64,000 bases of DNA from an uncultured Gammaproteobacteria bacterium (lineage in GTDB: Bacteria; Patescibacteriota; Microgenomatia; UBA12405). Below are positions 51,000-58,956 of this stretch, piece by piece. The stretch lies in NCBI GenBank assembly GCA_964408995.1, contig CAYPBP010000002.1, forward strand, positions 32,491 through 96,490, given 5' to 3'. The number at the start of each line of letters is the position of its first letter. Position 1 is the first letter of the stretch. Both the position numbers and the translations under genes were made by a program. Under the pieces are notes generated by a model. That model did no database searches and was not told where the DNA came from. It worked only from the letters and a program-made list of their open reading frames with translations.

Positions 51000-51236
51000 T
51001 TAAAATTCTGAAATGATGTTTTCTAATTCTTTTAGAGATGGGTATTTATCCATAAAAGCAACTTCACCATCGATTAGAAGAATGGTATTGCCTTGCAAAC
51101 CCATAGTTATAACTTTGGACATGTCTTTTATATATTCTGGATCATAATCTATTTGAAGACGTCTGCAGACTTCTTCTATATTAGAAAATAACTGTTTACC
51201 TTTTGGAGTGCCTCTATCAAATAATTGAATACGCAT
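51000..51236 (-). CDS. Small thioredoxin-fold protein (MTH895-like) lacking CxxC
   Basis: MRIQLF..GTPKG (usual GCPKC position), LLIDGEV, PSLKEL. Confidence 0.65.
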   Translation of the reverse strand: MRIQLFDRGTPKGKQLFSNIEEVCRRLQIDYDPEYIKDMSKVITMGLQGNTILLIDGEVAFMDKYPSLKELENIISEF

Positions 51237-51237
51237 A

Positions 51238-51429
51238 TTATTTTTCTGGTTTAATTACTAAATTTTTTGGAGCAGGTAATGATTCATCAACAACTAAATC
51301 TTGTGGAACCCAAGCTGAATCGTTAAGATCTTCTGGTTTTAAATCTTGTGGAACCCAAGCTCCATCACTTAATTCTTCTGCTAGAATTCCTTGGTCTGGA
51401 ATGGATTTAAAAAATCTTTTTTCAACCAT
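51238..51429 (-). CDS. 63-aa protein with duplicated AWVPQDL motif
   Basis: TATAAT 5 nt before ATG; 22-bp exact repeat at 51295-51316 and 51340-51361. Confidence 0.6.
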   Translation of the reverse strand: MVEKRFFKSIPDQGILAEELSDGAWVPQDLKPEDLNDSAWVPQDLVVDESLPAPKNLVIKPEK

Positions 51430-51442
51430 AAGTTATTATAAC

Positions 51443-51522
51443 AAATCCACCCCTACCCCTCCTTTGATCCTCCTTCGTCCCGCAGCGGCGGGACTACGGA
51501 CGGACGAAGCAATAGGGGGTAA
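51443..51522 (+). repeat. Family A element with a second GC-rich hairpin nested in its loop
   Basis: aaatccacccctacccctcctttga[tcctccttcgtcccgcagcggcgggactacggacggacgaagc]aatagggggtaa. Confidence 0.65.
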
Positions 51523-51525
51523 TTT

Positions 51526-52371
51526 TTATTCTTTATTTTGTTTTTTAAAAATTTCAACAGTATTAAATAAAAGTGAAGCAATAGTCATGGGACCAACACC
51601 ACCTGGAACTGGGGTTATAAAACTGGCAATTTGGGAAACTTCATCAAAATCAACATCACCAATTAATTTACCAGTTTTTGGATCTGGACTTAGACCAATA
51701 TCAACAACAATGGCACCATCTTTGACAAAATCTTTGGTAATTAATTTTGATTTTCCAACTGAAGTGACTAAAATATCAGCTTTTTTACAAATATCTTGAA
51801 GATTTTGAGTGTGACTATGACAAATAGTTACAGTACTATTTTTACCTAATAATAAGGCAGAAAGTGGTAATCCAATAAAATGACTTCGACCAACTATTAC
51901 CGCGTTTTTTCCGCTAAAATCAACATTATATTCTTCTAATAATTTAATGACACCAAAGGGAGTAGCAGAAGCAATAGCTTGGGGTTTTTTTTGAAAAAGT
52001 AGACCTAAATTAAGAGCCGTTAAACCATCGGCATCTTTTTTGGGATCGATATTATCTAAAACTTCTGCGGTATCAATCTGTGGTGGAAATGGTAATTGAG
52101 TCATAAAAGCAGTAACCTTATCATCATTGTTTAGTTTTTTAACTAGAGCAATAACCTCGGCAGTAGTTGAAGATTGAGGTAAATGATGAATTTCACCATC
52201 AATACCAATTTCAGCAGCTTTTTTTTGTTTCATCTGATCGTATTGAAGACTGGCTGGATCATCCCCGACTAAAATTATATCTAGTTTAGCTTTTTTTGAA
52301 TATTTTTCTAATTCAATTTTTAAATTATTGGAAATTTTTTGAGCTGTGGCTTTGCCATCTAGGATTGTCAT
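51526..52371 (-). CDS. folD: Methylene-THF dehydrogenase/cyclohydrolase
   Basis: QLP, KDADG, TP.GV, VGRS, TPVPGGVGPMT. Confidence 0.96.
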   Translation of the reverse strand: MTILDGKATAQKISNNLKIELEKYSKKAKLDIILVGDDPASLQYDQMKQKKAAEIGIDGEIHHLPQSSTTAEVIALVKKLNNDDKVTAFMTQLPFPPQIDTAEVLDNIDPKKDADGLTALNLGLLFQKKPQAIASATPFGVIKLLEEYNVDFSGKNAVIVGRSHFIGLPLSALLLGKNSTVTICHSHTQNLQDICKKADILVTSVGKSKLITKDFVKDGAIVVDIGLSPDPKTGKLIGDVDFDEVSQIASFITPVPGGVGPMTIASLLFNTVEIFKKQNKE

Positions 52372-52433
52372 AATTTAGTTTATCAAGTTTTAAAGTTATA
52401 AAGTTTTTAAAGTTAATTAATTATTTATTTAAT

Positions 52434-52464
52434 TATATACGCCCCTCGGTGCGGGGCGTATATA
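52434..52464. repeat. REP-like palindrome, second copy
   Basis: tatatacgcccc-N7-ggggcgtatata. Confidence 0.75.
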
Positions 52465-52467
52465 TGT

Positions 52468-53223
52468 TTATTTAGTTAAAATTTCAGAACCAGTTTTAGT
52501 AATTAAAACTGTATGTTCAAATTGGGCTGATAATGAGCCATCCATAGTTCTAATTGTCCAACCATCATTTTTATCAATAGTGATTTGAGAATTTAAAGAA
52601 GCGTTAATCATTGGCTCGATGGTAAAAATCATGCCTTCTTTTAAAACTGTTTTTTCTTGTTCAGTGTCAAAATGAAAAACAAAAGGATCTTCATGAAAAT
52701 CAATACCAACTCCATGACCACCAAGCTCGCGGACAATACTATAACCTTTCTTTTTGACAATTGGCTCGATAACTTTACCAACACAATCATTTAATAATTT
52801 GCCTGGTTTTAGAGATTTGATTGAATCATCTAAACATTTTTTAGTGGTTTCAATTAAATCTTTAGCCTCTTTACTGATTTTCCCAACTGGAAAAGTGGCG
52901 GAAACATCGCCGTAATAACCATTTAGAATAGTGGTGACATCAATATTAACAATATCCCCTTCTTTTAGAATATCTGTTTTACAGGGAATGCCATGACAAA
53001 CAACATTATTAATTGAAGTACAAATACTTTTAGGGAAACCACTGTAATTTAGTGGAGCTGGAATGGCTTTGGCGTTGATAATAAATTGATGAGCTAATTT
53101 ATTGATTTCTTCAGTTGAAATACCTGGTTTTACAAACTGGGAAAGATATTTAAGAGTAGTGGCGGCCAATTTAGACGACTTTCTGATACCTTCAATTTGA
53201 TTTTTGTCTTTAATAATAATCAC
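52468..53223 (-). CDS. map: Methionine aminopeptidase type I
   Basis: SICTSINNVVCHGIP, GHGVG..FHEDP, FTIEPM, SAQFEHT. Confidence 0.96.
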   Translation of the reverse strand: MIIIKDKNQIEGIRKSSKLAATTLKYLSQFVKPGISTEEINKLAHQFIINAKAIPAPLNYSGFPKSICTSINNVVCHGIPCKTDILKEGDIVNIDVTTILNGYYGDVSATFPVGKISKEAKDLIETTKKCLDDSIKSLKPGKLLNDCVGKVIEPIVKKKGYSIVRELGGHGVGIDFHEDPFVFHFDTEQEKTVLKEGMIFTIEPMINASLNSQITIDKNDGWTIRTMDGSLSAQFEHTVLITKTGSEILTK

Positions 53224-53229
53224 AAGTTA

Positions 53230-53874
53230 TTATATAACGGTTTTCTTAAATTCTATATAAGAATAGGCAAAAACAAAAACAGTAACCAAAAGAACTGGAA
53301 TTAAGATAAAAAATATTGCATATTGAGGAAAAGGTAGACTTAAAAGACTTAAAAGAGCAACTAATTTAAATAATTTGCCACCAATTTGATGAGTTTTGTC
53401 CCAAACTGTAACATTTGACATAGTCCAAGGGGTACGAATACCAACAAACCAATTTTGTTTGGCATGTAACATTAGAACTCCAGCATAATAAAAAAGAAGA
53501 GCAAAAGCGGGTGAAAGAATTTGAATCATATTAAAGCGAAAACCTAAATTCCAAATAATAGTAATTAAATAAATGTAAAAGAAAAAAGAAAAAATTAAAT
53601 TAATAAAATTTTGAAAATAATTTTTGAATTGATCAAAGTTTTTTTTGTAAGGATCGATTTTGGGTAAACTAATAAAAAGAAAAAATAAAGATACTGATAA
53701 AACTGGCATAAAAAAGAGACCAAAAGCTTTTGAAGAGTAACCATCAGCTTGCCCACTAACACCCCAATGAGTGGCAATTTGTGATGGCATAATTGGGTAA
53801 AAATAAAAAGCAACAACAAAAGAAAGTAAAATTAAAACAACAGGAAATATAATAGAAAGTTTTTTTGTTTTCAT
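53230..53874 (-). CDS. DUF1648/SdpI-family membrane immunity-like protein
   Basis: PSQIATHWGVSGQADGY, NWFVGIRTPWT, WDKTH. Confidence 0.85.
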   Translation of the reverse strand: MKTKKLSIIFPVVLILLSFVVAFYFYPIMPSQIATHWGVSGQADGYSSKAFGLFFMPVLSVSLFFLFISLPKIDPYKKNFDQFKNYFQNFINLIFSFFFYIYLITIIWNLGFRFNMIQILSPAFALLFYYAGVLMLHAKQNWFVGIRTPWTMSNVTVWDKTHQIGGKLFKLVALLSLLSLPFPQYAIFFILIPVLLVTVFVFAYSYIEFKKTVI

Positions 53875-53901
53875 AAATTCATTATATGCTAAAATTCAGC
53901 C

Positions 53902-54654
53902 ATGGAAAACACTTCATGGCAAAAAGTAAGTAAATGGTACAACAAAACGGTTGGTACGGACGGTCATTATTACCATCAAGCCATAATATTACCAAACTTA
54001 AAAAGACTTTTGAAACTTGATAAAAATAGCTCTCTTCTTGATTTAGCTTGTGGACAGGGAATATTAGAAAGATATCTAGATAAAGAAATTGATTATATTG
54101 GAATTGATTTGGCTAGTAATTTGATTGCTGAGGCTAATAAGAAAAAAATAAATATTAATCATAAGTTTTTAGTGGCTGATGTGAGTAAAGAATTACCAAT
54201 TAATAAAAATGATTTTGATGCTGGTGCAATAATTTTGGCCTTACAAAATATAAAAAAACCATTTGGAGTGATTAGAAACTTTTCTAAACATTTAAAAAAA
54301 GATGGTCAATTGATAATTGTTTTAAACCATCCAATTTTTAGAATCCCCCGTCATAGCAGTTGGGGTGAGGATATGACTAACAATAAAATTCAATATCGAA
54401 GGGTTGATGATTATATGACACCTTTGGAAATTCCAATTGTGACAAATCCTGGGAAAAAAGAAAGTGAAAATACTTGGTCTTATCACTATCCCCTGTCAGC
54501 TTATAGTGAAATGCTTTTTGATAATGGATTTTTTATTGAGAAAATTGAAGAGTGGGTCTCTGATAAAAAAAGTACTGGGTCTAATGCTAGGGTGGAAGAC
54601 AGGGCTAGAAAAGAGTTCCCTTTGTTTATGGCAATTGTGGCTAGAAAAAATTAA
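53902..54654 (+). CDS. Class I SAM-dependent methyltransferase
   Basis: LLDLACGQG, VLNHP. Confidence 0.88.
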   Translation: MENTSWQKVSKWYNKTVGTDGHYYHQAIILPNLKRLLKLDKNSSLLDLACGQGILERYLDKEIDYIGIDLASNLIAEANKKKININHKFLVADVSKELPINKNDFDAGAIILALQNIKKPFGVIRNFSKHLKKDGQLIIVLNHPIFRIPRHSSWGEDMTNNKIQYRRVDDYMTPLEIPIVTNPGKKESENTWSYHYPLSAYSEMLFDNGFFIEKIEEWVSDKKSTGSNARVEDRARKEFPLFMAIVARKN

Positions 54655-55073
54655 TTTTCTTTGATAAAAATTTGGCAGTGCCAAATTTCGGGAATTGATT
54701 TATTTTGAGGATGATTTACAAACCAAATATAATCTAGATTAGGAAACTGTTTTTTAATTTCTGATTCGATTGTCTCAAATGAAGGCTCTCCTAGCTTACT
54801 CCATAAACAATAATGTTTTACATTTGGAAGATGTTGAATTAATTTACTATAAGGAAATCTATTGGGAGTAATTTTGATTTCTTGATTTCCAATTTCATCA
54901 ATAATCCTTTGGATGTATTGCTGACGAGGAAAACTTTTTCGAAAGTTATCATAAGCTTGATTATCTTCTTTAAAACGAGTTATATTATTTCTAAATATCC
55001 CAATTTTATCTTTTAGGGCAACCAACTCTGGCCAATTTTTTGGGAATTTTGAATCTGAAAACCTAGTTATCAT
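54651..55073 (-). CDS. DUF3605/Gig1-like HIT-related protein
   Basis: NRFPY, KHYCLWS, WFVN..NKSIPEIWH; start set at MITRF. Confidence 0.6.
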   Translation of the reverse strand: MITRFSDSKFPKNWPELVALKDKIGIFRNNITRFKEDNQAYDNFRKSFPRQQYIQRIIDEIGNQEIKITPNRFPYSKLIQHLPNVKHYCLWSKLGEPSFETIESEIKKQFPNLDYIWFVNHPQNKSIPEIWHCQIFIKEN

Positions 55074-55075
55074 AT

Positions 55076-55699
55076 TTAACCAACAATTAATTGTTTGCCA
55101 AAAGCAATACAAGTTTGACGAGTTTCAACTAAAGAAAAACCCTTAAACTCAAGAGCTTCTTGAAAACTCTTTGTAACTTCGGCGATATCTTTGACATCAA
55201 TTGATCTAACAAAAGTTTCAGGATTAATAGTTTTTAAAAGTTCGACGGCATTGATTGGTTGGTTAAGATTTCCAAGTGGTGTTGATTTCGTTTGTGAACC
55301 TTTTGGAGTGGTGGGGCTGGTTTGACCAGTGGTTAAACTGTAAAGAAAATTATTAGAGACAAAAACAGTAATATCGATATTGGCCCGAGCAGCAGTAATT
55401 AAATGATTTAGACCTTCACCATAAATACCACCATCTCCACCAATAGCACAAACAGTAAGATTGGGGTTGGCTATTTTTTCGCCCATAGCCATGGCAATAC
55501 AACGACCATGAAGAGTATGAACTCCGTAGGTTTTTAAAAAATCAGCCATATTACCAGCACAACCAATGTCATAGTTCATGACAAGATCAGATGTTTTGAT
55601 TTTAAGGTTATTGAAAGCAGTTTGAAGAGCAGCAAAAACTAAATAATTATGACAACCAGGACACCAAGTTGGAGCTATTTGGGATTTATAATTAATCAT
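55076..55699 (-). CDS. 2-oxoacid:ferredoxin oxidoreductase beta subunit (short)
   Basis: WCPGC, IGC, TLHGR, GGDG, YSLTTGQTSPT. Confidence 0.9.
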   Translation of the reverse strand: MINYKSQIAPTWCPGCHNYLVFAALQTAFNNLKIKTSDLVMNYDIGCAGNMADFLKTYGVHTLHGRCIAMAMGEKIANPNLTVCAIGGDGGIYGEGLNHLITAARANIDITVFVSNNFLYSLTTGQTSPTTPKGSQTKSTPLGNLNQPINAVELLKTINPETFVRSIDVKDIAEVTKSFQEALEFKGFSLVETRQTCIAFGKQLIVG

Positions 55700-57426
55700 A
55701 GTGTTAAACCCTCTGCCCTTCGGGCATCTCCCTTAACAGGGCGACTTTTTAATAATTTAATAATTTCTTCTGGAAAGAATGGACGACCATTGTTTTTGTT
55801 AATAATTTTGCTTGGACTAAATTCAAATTGAGACTTTAAAAGAGTGACTAATTGATTAGTTTCATTATTTTCGATGACAATAATTTTTTCAAAAGCATCA
55901 ATTATTTTTTTAATATCTGGATTGATTGGCCAAAGAGTTTTTATTTGTAAGAAAGCGAAGTCTTCTTTATTTTTTATTAATTTCAAAGCTTCTAAAATGG
56001 CACCTTTTGGAGAACCCCAACTAATAATTAATTTAGTGGCTTTTGAAGATCCAAATAAATTTGGCTTTGGACAAATTTTTAAAGCAGTTTTTAATTTTAA
56101 TAATCTTTTTTGAGACATTTTTTCGGAAAGAGAGGCATCTTCCGTTGAAAAACCAACTTCATCATGTTCGTAACTATTGGCTAAAAATTCACCATTTGGA
56201 GTACCTGGAAGAGTAAGAGGAGAAATACCGTCTTTGGTAAAGGCATATCGTTTGAAACTGTTTTCTTCAACTTCATTTAAGATTTTACCTTTGTCTATTT
56301 TTACTTCCATACTTGGAAAATATTTGGTACTAGCACTTGATTCGGCAACTAGTTTGTCACTTAAAACAATGACTGGTGTTTGAAGAATAGCCGCTAAATC
56401 TAAAGATTTGTGACCTAATTCAAAAGATTCATTAATATCACCTGGGGCGACAACAACTTTTGGGAATTCACCATGACCAGAATAAATGGCATGAAATAAA
56501 TCTCCTTGACTAGTCCAAGTGGGTAAGCCAGTGGCTGGACCTGGACGAGATACTAAATAATAGACCATACCGATTTCAGAAATGCCACAAAAACTAACAG
56601 CTTCGTTCATAAGGGCAAATCCACCACCTGAAGTGCCCGTAGCAGCTCTAGCACCAGCAAAAGCGGCACCAGCAGCCATGTTGGCAGAAGCAATCTCGTC
56701 TTCTGGATGATTTACGTTTAATTTAAATTCTGTTTGTTTACTAGCTAGGAAATGAAGAGCACCAGTGGCTGGAGTCATAGGATAGGCTGAATAAAAATTG
56801 CCACCACCTTTGATAAATCCCCAACCATAAGCTTCGTTACCATCATAAAAACCTTTTTTGGTTTTTTTAGTTGGTTTTTTTATTTTGATTTGATATTTAG
56901 AAAAATTTTCTTTGGCATAATTATAAGCAAGAGTAAAAGCAGCTAAATTTACATCAGCATGTTTTCCATAAGATTGAGAGATGTGATTTTTAGCTAAATC
57001 AATATCTAAATCATAAAGATAAGCAGCAACACCTAGACAAAGAGTATTCATAACCAAGGGATTGCCGGCTTGAGTAGCCATATCTTTTAGAGGTAGATTT
57101 AAGAAATTAGCTTTGCTTTTAACTTCGGTAAAGTCTTCATCAGAAAAAACTAAAGTCTTTTTAGTAAATTCGTCTTGATGTTGTTGCCAATGGTTTGGAT
57201 AAACTGAAAAGAATAAATCAACATTAAAGTGAGTTGAAAAAACTTCTTGATCAGAGAAAGTAATTTGATAGGTATTATGACCACCTCTAACCAAAGATGG
57301 ATATTCACTGTAATCAGATAGATGGAAACCATGATCAATTAAGAGTTTTGAAAAAATTTGACCAGCAGACTTGATTCCGGAACCAGCCGGACCAGAGATT
57401 TTGATGGTGGAAAAATTTAAGCTCAT
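55696..57426 (-). CDS. 2-oxoacid:ferredoxin oxidoreductase alpha subunit (gamma-alpha fusion)
   Basis: GPAGSG, YPSLVRGGH, YPMTP, EDEIA, TSGGG, RPGPATGLPT. Confidence 0.92.
   Translation of the reverse strand: MSLNFSTIKISGPAGSGIKSAGQIFSKLLIDHGFHLSDYSEYPSLVRGGHNTYQITFSDQEVFSTHFNVDLFFSVYPNHWQQHQDEFTKKTLVFSDEDFTEVKSKANFLNLPLKDMATQAGNPLVMNTLCLGVAAYLYDLDIDLAKNHISQSYGKHADVNLAAFTLAYNYAKENFSKYQIKIKKPTKKTKKGFYDGNEAYGWGFIKGGGNFYSAYPMTPATGALHFLASKQTEFKLNVNHPEDEIASANMAAGAAFAGARAATGTSGGGFALMNEAVSFCGISEIGMVYYLVSRPGPATGLPTWTSQGDLFHAIYSGHGEFPKVVVAPGDINESFELGHKSLDLAAILQTPVIVLSDKLVAESSASTKYFPSMEVKIDKGKILNEVEENSFKRYAFTKDGISPLTLPGTPNGEFLANSYEHDEVGFSTEDASLSEKMSQKRLLKLKTALKICPKPNLFGSSKATKLIISWGSPKGAILEALKLIKNKEDFAFLQIKTLWPINPDIKKIIDAFEKIIVIENNETNQLVTLLKSQFEFSPSKIINKNNGRPFFPEEIIKLLKSRPVKGDARRAEGLTL
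55706..55745 (+). repeat. Family B mini-element forming the C-terminus of OFOR alpha
   Basis: aaaccctc-tgccc-ttc-gggca-tctcccttaacagggcgac. Confidence 0.7.
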
Positions 57427-57493
57427 CTGACTATTTTACTACATATTTGTTGAATTTTATAAAAAATGATTAAAACTCCCTTTGCCCTTAATA

Positions 57494-57590
57494 AAAACCC
57501 ACCTTCCCTGAAGGGCCCCTTCCTCCCTTGAAAAGGGAGGTCTATAAAGTTTTTCAATCTCCCCCTGCCCCCTCTTTCACAAGAGGGGGT
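57494..57590 (+). repeat. Adjacent family B (57494-57540) and family A (57555-57590) mini-elements
   Basis: aaaacccaccttccctgaagg...cctcccttgaaaagggagg and caatctccccctgccccctctttcacaagagggggt. Confidence 0.8.
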
Positions 57591-57607
57591 GAAAATAAAT
57601 TTTATAT

Positions 57608-57732
57608 TTGCAATTGATGGTGATTATGATAGACTACAAGCTGATTTAGGCAAATTGGTGCATTTATACTTTGTGGGCACCGCAAGTTTTTAGGTTACGG
57701 CCGAAAAACAGTGTTTGGGTCAACAAAATATT
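57608..57732 (+). promoter_or_regulatory. Promoter and structured ~90-nt 5' leader of the DEAD-box helicase
   Basis: TTGCAA-N16-TAGACT; stems 57642-52/57712-22, ggtgc/gcacc, gttttt..ggt-tacg-gcc..aaaaac. Confidence 0.5.
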
Positions 57733-58956
57733 ATGTATCAAAATAAATTCACCAATAGGTTTGGTGGAAAAACTCAACAACGACCAAATAGTGGTCGAAC
57801 AAGATTTGGAAGACGAAATAGTGGAAGAAGAGGTCGAAGCTTTGAAAGTAAGATTGATAATTCAATGTTTATTAAAAAGGCTTGTCCTGTTTTAAAAATT
57901 GAAGAAACAATTGTAAAAAATACTTTTGAAGATTTTGGATTTGATAAAGTTTTACTGAAAAATATCCAAGATAAGGGTTATATAAAACCAACTCCAATTC
58001 AAGATGAAATTATCCCTTATGTTTTAGACAATAGAGATGTTTTGGGAATAGCTAACACTGGAACTGGAAAGACAGCTGCTTTTGCCCTGCCTTTGATTGA
58101 TCAAATTTTATTAAATCCTAATAAAAGAATTTTAATCTTAACTCCAACTAGAGAATTAGCCCAACAAATTAAACAAGAAATCAGATCTTTTACTTTTGAT
58201 CTTAGAATTTATATTGCCCTAGCCATTGGCGGAGCTTATATTAGAGAACAAATTTTAGATATTAAACGAGATCCACATATTATTGTGGGGACTCCTGGAC
58301 GTATTAAAGATTTGGCTAAAAGAAAGGTGGTTAATTTTTCAAAATTAACAACTATTGTTTTGGATGAAGTTGATCGAATGTTGGACATGGGATTTGTGGA
58401 AGATATTAAAGAAATCGTTTCTCAAATTCCTAAACCACATCAAACTTTGTTTTTCTCGGCAACAGTTGATAGAAAAATAGAACCTTTGATTAATTCATTT
58501 TTAATTGACCCAGCAAAAGTCTCGGTTAAAACTCAAGAAAGTTCTAAAAATGTAGAACAAGATGTGGTTTACTCTAGACGAGAAGATAAAGAAAAAACTT
58601 TAATTAGTTTATTAAAAACAGAAGGTTTTAAAAAAGTATTAATTTTTGGAGGAACTAAATTGGTGGTTGAAAGATTATCGAATAGTTTAAAGCGAGAAGG
58701 TTTTAAATGTGGTTCACTTCATGGAGATAAAGCTCAATACCAAAGACAAACAACTTTAAGAATGTTTAAAGAAAACCAACTTGATATTTTAGTGGCAACT
58801 GATGTGGCCGCTAGAGGTTTGGATGTAGCTGACATTACTCACGTAATTAATTTTGATAAACCAAATAATTACGAAGATTATGTTCACCGAATTGGTAGAA
58901 CTGGTCGAGGAGATAAAACTGGGGTCGCTTTGACTTTTATTGAAAATAGATATTAA
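57733..58956 (+). CDS. DEAD-box RNA helicase
   Basis: PTPIQ, TGTGKT, PTRELA, TPGR, DEVD, SAT, HRIGRTGR; start set at ATG 57733. Confidence 0.93.
   Translation: MYQNKFTNRFGGKTQQRPNSGRTRFGRRNSGRRGRSFESKIDNSMFIKKACPVLKIEETIVKNTFEDFGFDKVLLKNIQDKGYIKPTPIQDEIIPYVLDNRDVLGIANTGTGKTAAFALPLIDQILLNPNKRILILTPTRELAQQIKQEIRSFTFDLRIYIALAIGGAYIREQILDIKRDPHIIVGTPGRIKDLAKRKVVNFSKLTTIVLDEVDRMLDMGFVEDIKEIVSQIPKPHQTLFFSATVDRKIEPLINSFLIDPAKVSVKTQESSKNVEQDVVYSRREDKEKTLISLLKTEGFKKVLIFGGTKLVVERLSNSLKREGFKCGSLHGDKAQYQRQTTLRMFKENQLDILVATDVAARGLDVADITHVINFDKPNNYEDYVHRIGRTGRGDKTGVALTFIENRY

Noticed and set aside
51203-51799. 198-aa plus-strand ORF
   Set aside because: Antisense to folD and the 63-aa gene, and reads through a repeat element; no recognisable motifs
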